Part shown: positions 1 through 11,768 of the stretch, in pieces
Layout of the letters: the number at the start of each line of letters is the position of its first letter
How positions within the stretch are numbered: position 1 is the first letter of the stretch
Source: Chiloscyllium plagiosum
Lineage: Eukaryota
Assembly (NCBI RefSeq): GCF_004010195.1
Contig: NC_057731.1
Location: 13,106,145-13,170,144 of the forward strand
Length of the DNA stretch: 64,000 nucleotides
Reading direction: 5' to 3'
The notes under the pieces: generated by a model
The model's input: the letters and a program-made list of their open reading frames with translations, nothing else
Told to the model about the DNA's origin: nothing
The model's database searches: none
Made by a program: the position numbers and the translations under genes

Positions 1-750
1 CAATACTCACTGAGATGCTGCGTACATTCCCTGTCTCATGTCACTGTCAAGAAGCCTGCAGGACTCCAGCGCCATATTGACAGAGGGGTTTCTGTGGGGT
101 GTATACCTCTCCATTGAAATGATCCGTGTCTCACAATCCCAGAGGGCACTGCCCCTGCTGCCCAATACCTGCTGCAGCCTGTAACTGAGCAGCTGACCCG
201 AGGGTCTGGCCTCCCTATGAGGATTCAGCAATACTTCCTGCTAAAGACAGAAAACCACTGTGACATCTCCAGAAAGATACCCCAGTGTTCACTAGGATGT
301 GACGATAACACACGTTATTCTCAATCATCTAAACTCTGGCCATTTCAACATCACCAGAGCTGGGCCCTGTTTGAAATTGGATAAATGATCTTCGGGGAGG
401 GACAAATGAACACGTGGAATGGTCCTGCTTGATTGACGTTCACAAAGAAAGCAGCCACTCAGTGGAAGGGCTGAGCTCTGCCATGCCAGGATGAAGAGCA
501 GAGGTTTCTGGCACTGCCCGGGATGGTCTTGGTGCAGGATGGGCTGTTACACAGGCCGTGCTGGATGTAACTGGAGAAGCAGCACAGCCCCACTACAGCA
601 TCACTGCTTCCCGATAGACTACCCCCCTCACACGTGTTACAGAGCCAGACCCTGTGCTCTGTCCAATCCTCATTCATAATAAACAGTAATCAGGGGAAGG
701 CTCTTTTATCTAAGTGACACTGGAAACCTAAAACTGATGAATCACCTTCT
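1..750. repeat. Inverted duplicate of 20185-20915 (upstream regions of IFIT copies A and B)
   Basis: Bases 1-35 are the exact reverse complement of 20881-20915. Similarity continues with scattered mismatches to TGGAAAC..AAACTGATGAATCACC (~721-746). It resumes at ~1290-1495 versus ~19905-20105, covering exon 1 and the intron start. Confidence 0.95.
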
Positions 751-754
751 GTAT

Positions 755-1100
755 CGAATCCCCTCCTGTGTGGAAATAGGCCCTTTGGCCCAACAATCCA
801 CACCGACCCTCCGAAGGGTATCCCACCCAGACCCATTCCCCTATTACTCTGCATTTTCCTCTAACCTACACATCCCTGAACAATATGGGCAATTTAGCAT
901 GACCAATTCATCTGGCCTGCAGACTTTGGGTTGTGGGAGGAAACCTGCGCACCCAGAGGAAACCTGCGCACCCAGAGGAAACCCACACAGACATGGGGAG
1001 AACATGCAAACTCCGCACGGACAGATGCCTAAGGGTGGAATCGAACCTGGGTCCCTGACGCTGTAAGGCAGCAGTGCTAACCACTGAGCCACTGTGCCAC
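755..1100 (-). mobile_element. tRNA-derived SINE (HE1/V-SINE-like) inserted in the copy A promoter
   Basis: Minus strand begins GGCACAGTGGCTCAGTGGTTAGCACTGCTGCC (A box) ... GGTTCGATTCC (B box), followed by the V-SINE-like core GGAGTTTGCATGTTCTCCCC..TGGGTTTCCTC. Six further copies occur in the window. Confidence 0.9.
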
Positions 1101-1140
1101 GCTGTCATGGTGCATTTCTGCAATTGCTGAATCACTTTTT

Positions 1141-1153
1141 AGTTTCAATTCCC
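1141..1153 (+). promoter_or_regulatory. Imperfect ISRE-like element of IFIT copy A
   Basis: AGTTTCAATTCCC is positionally homologous to AGTTTCATTTTCC of copy B. A further GGAAACGAAAAC motif lies at ~1372-1383. Confidence 0.5.
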
Positions 1154-1412
1154 TGTCATTCCGTGTCATTTCATGCCTCATGTCACTATCAAGGAGTCTG
1201 CATCTGAAAGATGTGTAGGGTGTGGTTGGTGTCTGTGTATCAGAGATATAAATATGTGTGGACATCCAGCTCCTCAGACAGATTAGAAGGGTGTGGTTGG
1301 TGTGTTTATATTTGTAGCTTTGGAAACTGAGTATCCTTTATTCTGATCACCCAGCTCCTCAGGCAATAGTAGGAAACGAAAACAAACAGCTGGGGTATCC
1401 TCTGAGATCACC

Positions 1413-1417
1413 ATGAG
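1413..1417 (+). CDS. IFIT5-like: IFIT copy A exon 1 coding part (ATG AG)
   Basis: caccATGAG|GTAAGT: good Kozak context and consensus donor. Phase 2 joins to T GAC ACA at 3678, giving MSDTEKNALK. This is the typical IFIT two-exon layout. Confidence 0.85.
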
Positions 1418-1809
1418 GTAAGTGAGATATTCATGTGTCCGTACCATGTATGGTATAATCAGCTGGAGCTCAGTGTTCTCCCTCCTGTCTCTGAATTGTG
1501 AGTATCTTTTCCTAGTTTCAGGCTCATTTGCACATTCAGGAAGCATTTTCATGTGATTCATGTTAGAAAAACATAAATCCGCTGTAAGACAGAATGACAC
1601 ACATTCTTACCAATCAACTCACCATTAGAAACTGATTTGAAGTTAAGAAAGGAATTCAGTAAGTTTCCAGCTGATCTGTGTTATGAGGTAGAATTGTTAG
1701 AATTTCAATAGTACTTAAATTTACATTGAGACAATTGAATAAGGAACTTGTTTTCTGACAGCAATCATTACAGAGAAATTGAATTCCATAGAGCTGGGAT
1801 TGTTATTTT

Positions 1810-2510
1810 GATTTCTTCTTGGGATGCCAGCATCATTAGCTGGGCAAACATTTATTGCCCCTCTCAATTCCCATTGTGGTGGTGATGGTACAGCACCTCT
1901 TTATCTGCTATGTGCTGTAGTTACACCCATAGTGCTTTTACACCCATATGCTATTATGGAGGGCGCTCCAGGATTTTGGCATGGCCACAGTGAAGGAATG
2001 GCAGTTTAGTTTTAAGATAGCGTGATTTTGAGGGGTCCAATGCTATTGATGCCATTATCCTTCTGGATGGAATAGATTGCATGTTTGAAAGGGATTGTTG
2101 AAGAAGCCTTGATGTATCATTTCCCTACATGTTGTAAATGGTACACATTGTGTACTAATGGCAGAGGGTGTGAATGTTGAAACTGTTAGATGGACTGTCC
2201 ATCAAGAGGGATGCTTTATCCCGAATGTTCAGAGCATCATAGGAACTAGCACTCATCCAGATTGGAAAGTATTCCTGACTTGTGCCTTGCAGGTGGCAGA
2301 CAGTATTTGGGGAGTCAGGAGGTGAATTAATTGCCACTGCAGTCAGAGAGTTTCTATGGCTGGTCCAGTTACATTTCTCATTAATGCTAACTCCTGGATA
2401 TGTTAATAGTGAATGATTCAGTGATGGTAATGCCATTGAATATCAAAGGGAGATAGTTAGACTCTTTTTTGTTGGACACAGTCATTGATTTTGTTTAAAA
2501 ACATTATTTG
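1810..2510 (-). mobile_element. Decayed LINE (CR1/L2-like) 3' fragment in intron
   Basis: Degenerate RT-like translation (PGVSINEKCNWTSH..). The 3' end resembles the LINE tails at ~19620-19770 and ~37870-38181. Confidence 0.5.
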
Positions 2511-2529
2511 CCACATGTTAATGCAAACA

Positions 2530-3040
2530 AAGAGCATATATGTTAAGAACAGAAGCAGTCCATTCAGTTCCTTTAGTCTACTTTGCCATTTATAGCTGAT
2601 CTAATTAGGGTCTCCGATCCAAATTTCCATTTACCTGTAATAGCCATTTACTCCCTGCTGGTCAAAACTATATACGTCTTTGCCTTAAAAGATACTCGAT
2701 GATACCTTCCCCCCATCCACTTCCCAGACAGCTCTGTCGGTGATCAAATTCTAAAGGCTCATGACTCAGAAGAAGCAAATGCTCCTCATCTCCATCTGAA
2801 ACGGGAGAACATTCATTTCTAAAAAGGTGTATCTTAGTTTGAGCCCTAAGGGGAGACATCCTTCCAGCATCCAGCTTGTCAGGTCTCTCCGATCCCATAC
2901 CTTGATAAAACCACCTCCCATTCTTCTGAACTCCAGTGGAAGGAGGCCCAGCCTGACGCATCTTTCCTCAGGAGATAACCACCTGATCCAAGGTATCAGT
3001 TGAGAGACCCTCCTCTGAGCTGCTTCGCATACATTTAAAT
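2530..3040 (-). mobile_element. CR1 LINE 3' fragment
   Basis: Translation EAAQRRVSQLIPWIRWLSPEERCVRLGLLPLEFRRMGG matches the CR1 RT C-terminus. Confidence 0.8.
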
Positions 3041-3677
3041 AGTGCATACAATCTTTAATATCCAGCTAAAGCAGTATTCTATCACCTCAAGAATGATATC
3101 GTGGAAAGTTTCCATCAGGATGAGAATCAGTTCATGGAAAATAGCCTCTGACTGGTTAATGAAATGCTTTTCTGATCAGCTTTCTGTTTCGCAGATACAT
3201 TCTCTCTCAGTATGTTTGAAGCAAGGTCTGTGTGGAAGAGCAGCTTGATTGTCCAGATTAACAGAGAGATACAGGACTAGCATGAGGGAGGAGGGGTGAG
3301 TAAGAAGTTAAATGGCCAGCGTAGATTAAGTGAGGGGGCTCCATTTCAGAACGGAATGTAACATGAGACACAGAGGCACTGGGTAAATGAGAGGCAGATT
3401 GTTAACTTGTACCAATAAGTTATCTCATTGAGAGTCCATATGGGTGAGGCTTTTTTGAACACTGAGTAAGAAGATTAAATGGCCAGAGAAGATAGTAAGT
3501 ACACCAGCAAGCAAAAGCAGAGAAGTGTGTGAACAGCCAGGACTTTGTTATGCAGAATTGTTTGTTGAGATGATCTTTCTAAGGTTTCTATGATCAGTAT
3601 TCCCAGGAGTCAGGAGCAACCACTAAAGAAGTTGGGAGAAAAGAGATGAATTTTTGGTTAATTTTATTTTCTTGCAG

Positions 3678-4959
3678 TGACACAGAGAAGAATGCATTGA
3701 AAGTGAAGCTTGATTGGCTTCAATGCCACTTCACGTGGACTCCACAGACAGAAACCATCGACTGGGATGATATGAAACAAAGATTAGAAGATTCAATACA
3801 GGCTGGTGTAAAATATCAAGCCAGGTCTTACAACCATCTCGCCTTTATAAACTGTCTGCAAGGAAACTGTGAAGAGGCAATTCAGAATTTAAAGGAAGCT
3901 AAAAGGATTCTGAGGGAGAGACATGGAGATGGATTTGAGAAAAGAATCTTGGTCACCTATGGAAACTATGTCTGGGTTTATTATCACATGGACCAACTGG
4001 AGGAGGCTCAGTCCTACCTCGACAAGCTGGAGACAGTCTGTAAACTATTTCCTGAAGCCTCTCGGTTTACAGCAATGATACCTGAGCTTTATGGAGAGAA
4101 GGGCTGGTCACTGTTGACTACAGCCGCTCAATATTATGAAGAGGCAAAGAAATGTTTTACAAAGGCCCTGGAGAAAGATCCTGACAACATTGAGTGGAAT
4201 GTTGGCTATGCCACTGCTCTGTATCGTCTGGAAGGATTTTCTGGAACCCCAGGGGGTCACAAATCCACTGAATCAATAAAACAGTTTAGACGTGTGCTGG
4301 AGCTAGATCCTGATCATGCTGAAGCCATGGTGCTGTTAGCTTTAAAACTACAGGAATTCAATCAAGAGGAGGAAGCATCCACATTAGTTGAGCGAGCATT
4401 GCAGAGGTCCCGACATCATCCATATGTACGTCGATACGCAGCAAAGTTTTACAGAAAAGCCAGTAAAATAGACAAATCATTAAAGCTGCTGAGGGAATCA
4501 TTGGCAAATACCCCAAATTCTGCCTTCCTGTACCATCAAATAGGTCTATGTTACAAAAGCCAGCTATTGCATATGATCAAAGCTTCAAACAGAAATAACC
4601 CTCACAATTCTACCAATGGAAAGAAAATGGACTTGATTAATCAATGCAAGTACTATTTTAAAAAAGCAGTTAAGCTCAGGCAATCATTTATTAATCCACA
4701 ACTGGATCTTGCAGTAATATATTCAATAAATGAAGAGCTTCAAGAAGCAGAGAAGATCTACAGTGATCTACTGGAACTGGAAGATATTCGTCCCGAGAAT
4801 AAGCAAGCAATACGTTTACAGGTTGGGTTATTCGAGCTGAATGTAAAAAAATCCAAACCAAACGCTATCATCCACTTTGAGGAAGTAATGCAAGTGAACT
4901 ATGATTCACTGGAAAAGGAAAGGTGTCGAAAAATCTTGGAGCGGATAGCAAAACACTGA
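3678..4959 (+). CDS. IFIT5-like: IFIT copy A exon 2; IFIT5-like TPR protein, ~428 aa spliced, lacking the final TPR helices
   Basis: Acceptor ttttcttgcAG ends at 3677. IFIT motifs LQCHFTW, LVTYGNYVWVYYHM, GEKGW, RYAAKFYR and FLYHQIGLCY are present. The TGA stop lies ~45 codons earlier than in copies C/D, and relic coding sequence follows it. Confidence 0.9.
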
Positions 4960-5812
4960 TTTCGCTGGAATCCCAGAGACAGTAAGGCCTTTGGTCTTCT
5001 CGGGTTCAAGTATATGGGAAGCATCGTGACGCTATTGAATACCATGAAAAATGCCTTGGAGTTTGATGCTGGCAAGGAAGAATATCTAAGTGCTCTTTGT
5101 GAATTATGTCTTTCCATCGAGGTCAGAAATAACCATTCCGGTGAAATACGTCCTTCCATTTAATTTAGCAGTGACCTTTCCAGATAAAACTAAAGATGAA
5201 TTAATACTCTATTCTTCTGGTACCCACTTTACTTTCATTCTCCTTAGAACTTTCTAATTAAGGATTTTACTCGTGTTTTTAGTTTTCAAGCAATAATCTG
5301 GCTGCAATTATTCTAAACACTCACGCTTTGTTCATGAAATGCTGACCACACTGGATTCACCCAGTAGCATTTGTTTCTTTATTCTTATACATTTTGTTGT
5401 GTGTGGAAAGAGACAAAATAAAGGGGTTTGGAGGAATTTGAATATATCGCACTGATCAAACAGTCTCAAAAGATATATATAAAATATAGAAATTTTATAA
5501 AACAATTAGAAATAGTAGCTGGGCCGGATTTTAAATCCAGTTAAGTTTTGGAGCAGTGTTAATGTAAAAATTCTCTATTTGCTGCGGGTATCAGGCTCTG
5601 GGTAATAACCAAGCCTCATTCTTTGTGTCACCAGTCTATGTTCAGTACGTGCAGCATGCAGAGAGATATTTTAGTGGGATTTATAGGTCAATCTACAGTT
5701 TACTAGTCCTGATTAGTTTCAAGATCCATTCAACATACAAAGCCTTCCAAAACTGATTAAGTTTCACTAACCAAGTACAAAAAAATTACACTTACAAAAA
5801 ACAGGTTTGTAA

Positions 5813-6404
5813 GGTAACGATACTATCGCTTAAAGAGGTGTATTTTGTCCTGTTTTCTTTAATAAAGAGAGACTGAGGTAGACATGCTGAGTGGACTGCT
5901 CCAAGCCAGTAAACAATAGAAACAGCATAAATGGATGGAGTCAGGCTCCCACAGAACAAGGATTTCAGTTTTAGCTTTCAGCAGTTGCTGGAGTCTTGAG
6001 GCTGGATGTGGAAGCTGTTATTCCTCTCTATGTTACAATGAAAAGCTGGGGTTCTCTCTTAAGTGAGAATTGCAGGTGGGATAATCTGTTTTACTGAATT
6101 TGCCTTTGCCAAGGCTGTGTATATGCGATGTTACTATATTGGAACAGTTGCTGTTTGTATTTACATAATCGATTATTTTGTTAAGTTTTCCAATAGAGTT
6201 AAGTTTTGACCAATTCTTCTGTCTTTTGCTTGTATTTTAACTATATGGTATGAATAAAGTATGTTTCGCTTAAAGCCTAGTAGTGTGACCAATTGAATTA
6301 CATCTGGAACACAGCACCTTACATATGCCTTTAAATATGATAAAAGATAGGGTGCAAGTTAATTATTTAATATATTTGCAGGAGATTTTGTCCGGTCCAT
6401 AACT
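5813..6404 (+). mobile_element. Possible solo LTR
   Basis: ~590 bp with termini (G)GTAAC...CATAAC(T), resembling TG..CA ends. It has an internal AATAAA and near-4-bp flanks GTAA/ATAA. Both termini are imperfect. Confidence 0.3.
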
Positions 6405-7057
6405 ATAAGTTGATCCATTTTGGGATATGATCCCAACTGGAGACACTTGTTGACTGGTTACATGTCTCTTGTTCTATTGTGTTGACTGGAGTTCTCCTTC
6501 TGTCTTTGTTCTTTCTTGTGCACTGAACCATCTAGAATTATAATTTAATAACCTTGGTCAGCCATTTTGCCCTGTGTAAGGTCAGAGACATTCTGAACTC
6601 TAAGTAGTTTGCCAATGTATGGGTACTAGATGATCAATCTCAGATTACTTAAAATGTGTATACCAAATTCTCAGCTAGTTTCTTTGAAGATATAGGTCAC
6701 CTTATTGATATCACTTCCTATTGTCTCCTGATCAATTCATCATGTGCTATCCACTTTGTGAGATCATCCCTTTGGCAACAGGTTGTCTTTATCAATCCAC
6801 CAACATTTTCCACCTTTATTGATAAGTAGAACAATATGACTTGAGTATAGTGTGATTAACCATCACCCTAAATGATGCATCTAAAAACACTTCAAAACCT
6901 ATTAATATCATTTAACTCAAAGAACCAGATTTGATGACTCTACAATAACTGTAGCTTCCTAAAACAAACTAAAGCTCAAAATAACCATAAAACCTAATGT
7001 TTAAAGGTTTGTTGCATATTTTAAAGTTACAAAGCTAAGCCATCAAGTACATGGTCA

Positions 7058-7250
7058 GACATCACACGACACCAACAGGTTTATTTGAAATCACAAGCTT
7101 TCAAAGTGCTGCTAGGATCAGCTAATGAACGAGCTAATGTGACTTCTGATCTTGTCCATCCCAGTCCAAGCTGAAAATGTGTTGCTGGAAAAGCGCAGCA
7201 GGTCAAGCAGCATCTTCATCCCAGTCCAACACTGGCACCTCCATATCATC
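7058..7250. mobile_element. Decayed hairpin PLE derivative with a nested 47-bp PLE-end insertion
   Basis: Remnants of the CACACAACACC..CCCAGTCCAACAC family. The insert 7170-7216 is flanked by CATCCCAGTCCAA at 7157-7169 and 7217-7229. Confidence 0.7.
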
Positions 7251-8139
7251 AAGGAAAACATTGCTGGGTCTTTGTATCTTTTACCTTAAAGCATTCTCAC
7301 ATTTCTAACACAAGGGTTACATTAACATAAGTTATAAAAGCAGCAATAAATCCATTAATTCATGCCTTTATTATGGACTCAAGCCAAATAGTTATTTTTC
7401 CTTTGCAAAAATAGTTTTACAAATAACCAAAGTTAAGCAGAGTCTAATTTATAATAACTCAGTCCCACAGCTATATAAAGAGGCTTAGCTGAAAAGGTTG
7501 TTACCTGATTGGGTGAAAAGTAATAAAGTAACAGGGATAGCACACCAAAAGGGGACATAAAGACTGGAAGAAAAGTCATAGGTCACAGGCAAAGCCTGCA
7601 AGTCACTCACAGGAACAGAAAGTTGGAAATGCATCATCTGGAAGCAACTGCACAATAACTTCACAAAATGAATGGGACCATACCAGGCGTAAGTTACTGC
7701 CACTTTTTTTTTACAGGAATGGAGTATGCAACACATTTTTTGAGGCCCCACAAGGGGCAAAGGTGCAACCATGTCATCGCTCATTAACCAATGATAACTA
7801 TCTGCCCTCAATTCTCACTTCATCCAACGGTCAGGAATTGCCAAAGAACGCAAAGAACAAATTATGAGCATTCAAAGAATTATATTTTCCCCACTGACAC
7901 CTTGTAATGTGAACTTGACCAATCTTATTGTGACAAGGCACATTAAGCAAAACCTCATGTCCCCAACAATTGGCAGCAGCAATTTATAACAAGTACTGGA
8001 AAACTGCTGCCATATTCTCTCGCAGAAAACTAATTCTACAAGGACATAAGCTGTGAAGTGGAAGGGGGTTGGTGATGTGGAGAATGTTTCATGGGATAGA
8101 TTCCTACTCCCAACAGAATTGAAATGGTTTCCTTGTCAC

Positions 8140-8495
8140 AAAATCACAGAAAAGTGGAGAAAGTGGTCACTTGGCCTACTGAATCCACGCTGACCATCCA
8201 AACAGCATGCCATACAAACTCACCTCTGCACTCCCCCACTCTATCCCTCAAGATCCCAGATTTTCCATGGCCAACCCATCTAGCTTGCACATCCCTGAAC
8301 ACTATGGGAAATTTTGCATGGTTTAGCTACTTAACCTGCACATCTTGGACTGTGGGAAGAAACCGGAGCACCCAGTGGAATCCCATGCAGACACGGAAGA
8401 AGGTGCAAACTCCAGCAAACATCCGACAAAGGGTAGTATCAAACATGGATTCCTGGTGCTTTAAGGCAGCAATGCAAACCACTAAGCCACCACGT
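8140..8495 (-). mobile_element. HE1/V-SINE-like SINE (older copy)
   Basis: Same family as 755-1100, more diverged. Confidence 0.8.
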
Positions 8496-8689
8496 CCACC
8501 ATGTATTTGGAAGCACACCATAACTCAGAGATCCTTATCGTAGCATGACTGTGACCTCCTTGGGAACATTATTGCAACACTATGTGAGATCAGAACATTA
8601 AACTTGGTTGTTAAGGATCTGAGGGCTCAGGCATCCTTCAAAGTCAATCACTGTGACATTTCCCTCAGATTCTCTGCCATTGTGGCAGG

Positions 8690-8820
8690 CCATAGTGGAA
8701 TAGACCTCCTGAAGACAAGATTTCAATACCTGGGCCATCCTTGCAGGGCCCAACAGGAGAGCTCAGACAGGGTGTCTGACATCATTGTGATATGCAGCGC
8801 ATTTCACAATTTGAACTGAC
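8690..8820 (+). mobile_element. Harbinger (HARBI1-like DDE) transposase C-terminal relic
   Basis: GIDLLKTRFQYLGH...SSDRVSDIIVICSAFHNL resembles the Harbinger GLLKxRFRCL...xxIIxxCCxLHN motif. Confidence 0.55.
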
Positions 8821-9020
8821 AAAGAATGGATGTCTTGGACATGGGTGGAATGGGAGAGCAAGAGCAATCCACTGAGGATTTGAATGACACTAAGCCTCAG
8901 GGCATCACTCAGAAGAGGTATCTAAGAGGGAAAGACAGAGGAAGACAAAGAAATAATTCAGAATGTCTGAGAGGCCAGAGATAACCTTATTGCTACCTGC
9001 TTTGAGACTGCCTGAACTGG

Positions 9021-10830
9021 GTAAAAACAATGACTGCAGATGCTGGATACCAGATTCTGGATTAGTGGTGCTGGAAAAGCACAGCAGTTCAGGTAGCATC
9101 CAAGGAGCAGTAAAATCGACGTTTCGGGCAAAAGCCCTTCATCAGGAATACAGACAGAGTGCCTGAAGGGTGGAGAGATAAATGAGAGGAGGGTGGGGAT
9201 GGGGAGAATGTAGCATAGAGTTCAATAGGTGAGGTGGGGAGGAGGTTGGAATGGATCGGTGGAAAAGAAGATAGGCAGGTAGGACAAGTCATGGGGACAG
9301 TGCTGAGCTGGAAGTTTGGAACTGGGATGAGGTGGGGGAAGGGGAAATGAGGAAACTGTTGAAGTCCACATTGATGCCCTGGGGTTGAAGTGTTCCGAGG
9401 CGGAAGATGAGGCGTTCTTCCTCCAGGCTTCTGGTGGTGTGGGAGCGGCGGTGAAGGAAGCCCAGGACTTCCGTGTCCTCGGCTGAGTGGGAGGGGGAGT
9501 TGAAATGTTGGGCCACGGGGCGCTGTGGTTGATTGGTGTGGGCATCCCAGAGATGTTCCCTAAAGCGCTCTGCTAGGAGGCGTCCAGTCTCCCCAATGTA
9601 GAGGAGACTGCATCAGGAGCAACGGATACATTAAATGATATTGGTGGATGTGCAGGTAAAACTTTGATGGATGTGAAAGGCTCCTTTAGGGCCTTGGTTG
9701 GAGGTGAGGGAGGAGGTGTGGGCGCAGGTTTTACAGTTCCTGCGGTGGCAGGGGAAGGTGCCAGGATGGGAGGGTGGGTTGTAGGGGCGCACGGACCTGA
9801 CCAGGTAGTCACGGAAGGCGGAAAGGGGTGGGGAGGGAAATATATCCCTGGTGGTGGGGTCTGTTTGGAGGTAACGGAAATGTCGGTGGATGATTTCGTT
9901 TATGAGAAGGTTGGTAGGGTGGAAGGTGAGCACCAGGGGGGTTCTGTCCTTGTTACAGTTGGAGGGGTGGGGTCTGAGGGTGAAGGTGCGGGATGTGGAT
10001 GAGATGCATTGGAGGGCATCTTTAACCACGTGGGAAGGGAAATTGCAGTCTCTAAAGAAGGAGGCCAGCTGGTGTGTTCTGTGGTGGAACTGGTCCTCCT
10101 GGGAGCAGATACGGCAGAGACGGAGGAATTGGAAATATGGGATGGCATTTTTGCAGGAGGCAGGGTGAGAAGAGGTGTAATCCAGATAGCTGTGGGGATC
10201 GGTGGGTTTGTAAAAAATGTCAGTGTCAAGTCGGTCGTCACTGATGGAGATGGAGAGGTCCAGGAAAGGGAGGGAGGTGTCAGAGATGGTCCAGGTAAAT
10301 TTAATGTCAGGGTGGAATGTGTTAGTGATGTTGATGAATTGCTCAACCTCCTTGCGGGAGCACGAGGTGGTGCCAATGCAGTTATCAATGTATCGGAGGA
10401 AGAAGTGGGGAATGGTGCCGGTGTAATTACGGAAGATGGACTGTTATACGTAGCAAACAAAGAGGCAGGCATAGCTGGGGCCCATACAGGTGCCCATGGC
10501 CACCCCTTTGGTCTGGAGGAAGTGGGAGGATTCGAAGGAGAAATTGTTAAGTGTGAGGACCAGTTCAGCCAAACAAATGAGAGTGTCGGTGGAAGGGTAC
10601 TGTTGGGGATGTTGGGAGAGGAAGAAATGGAGGGCTTGGAGGCCCTGGTCATGGTGAATGGAGATGAAGAGGGACTGGATATCCATGGTGAAGATGAGGC
10701 ATTGGGGGCTGGGGAAACGGAAGTCTTGGAGGAGGTGGAGGGTGTGGGTGGTGTCTCGAACGTATGTGGGGAGTTCCTGGACTGGGGGGAATAGGACAGT
10801 GTCCTGGACTAGGGGGGATAGGACAGTGTG
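9021..10830 (-). mobile_element. 5'-truncated, frameshifted Penelope-like retroelement (Neptune-like): RT, Cys linker and GIY-YIG endonuclease, with a hammerhead-bearing 3' end
   Basis: Minus-strand fragments include MDIQSLFISI, NNFSF..FLQTKGVAMGTCMGPSYA, RYIDN, PLVLTFHP, GTFPCHRRNCKTC, CTSTNII, YIGETGRLLAERFREH, HFNSPSHS and LGTLQPQGINVDF. Confidence 0.9.
9114..9149 (-). ncRNA. Minimal type-I hammerhead ribozyme motif (PLE terminal repeat)
   Basis: Minus strand reads ATTC-CTGATGA-A-GGGC TTTT GCCC-GAAA-C-GTC-GATT: catalytic core, stem II and a palindromic ACGT stem III. Confidence 0.7.
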
Positions 10831-11437
10831 CTGGGTTCAAACCTTTGATACACATTTAGTTACTCACCTGGCAGGCAGACCCTTATTTAGTATAAAGGAC
10901 ACAATTTTGTGTCTTGTAGATTAAATGTTGCATAATCTATGTTACCTTCTTATGTTCTACCTTCAGTGAGAACGTGTCAATCGTTATGCATAAATCTGCT
11001 CCACATCACCACGAAAGCAGAAGAGACAGTAAAATCCGGCATAAAAATGATGAATGTGTCAAAGCATCTATGTGGATGTGACATGAGTGATCTGTAGACC
11101 AATCCCTCACAATAGCCACCGGATTGAACTGAATCCTGAGGAATCTCCTTTTTGGGGAATTCCTGATCTACACCCCTTCAATGCTCAGAGAGGACATAGA
11201 CTGTACTGTTTGCCTTGAAATGCATGAACACGCAGGACCTTGGAAACCCGAAGGTCCTGGCACTGTCAATTTCTCCATCTCAGTCTCCATGCAAGTAGTC
11301 AAGTGACGCACTCATCATCTCACTCACAAAATAATGAGGTGAGAAGCGTGTGCTCGCATGAGATAACTCACCCCAAATCAAAACAGAAATGACATTACAA
11401 ACCCAGTTTGTCCCCTTTTTTTTAACTTTCAAGGAAT

Positions 11438-11768
11438 CAAAGAATTCCTACAGTGTAGAAACAGGCCCTTCAGCCCAACAAGTCAATGCTGACCCTCTGA
11501 AGGGTAACCCACTCATTCCCCTAACTTATTCTCCCATATTTACCCCTGAATAATGCACCTAACTTACACATCCATGAACACTATGGTCTATTTAGCACAG
11601 TTAATTCACCTAACCTGCACATCTTTGGACCATGGGAGGACACCAGAACGCTCAGAGGAAACCCACAAAGACATAGGGAGAACGTGCAAACTCCACACAG
11701 ACTAGAATTGAACCCGGGTCCCTGACGCTGTGAGGCACTAGTACAAACCACTGAGCCACCATGCCTCC
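11438..11768 (-). mobile_element. HE1/V-SINE-like SINE
   Basis: A box TGGCTCAGTGG, B box GGTTCAATTC and V-SINE-like core. Confidence 0.88.

Noticed and set aside
755-1100. tRNA genes
   Set aside because: The A/B boxes belong to SINE heads continuous with the SINE body; no complete cloverleaf.
3646-3677. ORF-track starts at 3646, 18022, 51822 and 61318 as true IFIT start codons
   Set aside because: They lie in polypyrimidine/acceptor sequence or are internal TTG codons. Conserved ATG-NN|GT micro-exons upstream explain initiation.
10009-10794. 261-aa Gly/Glu/Val-rich plus-strand ORF and the overlapping 250-aa minus-strand ORF
   Set aside because: Antisense or off-frame shadows of the Penelope RT.
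11154-11163. Perfect NF-kB-like site GGGGAATTCC
   Set aside because: Isolated, far from any first exon, and expected by chance in 64 kb.
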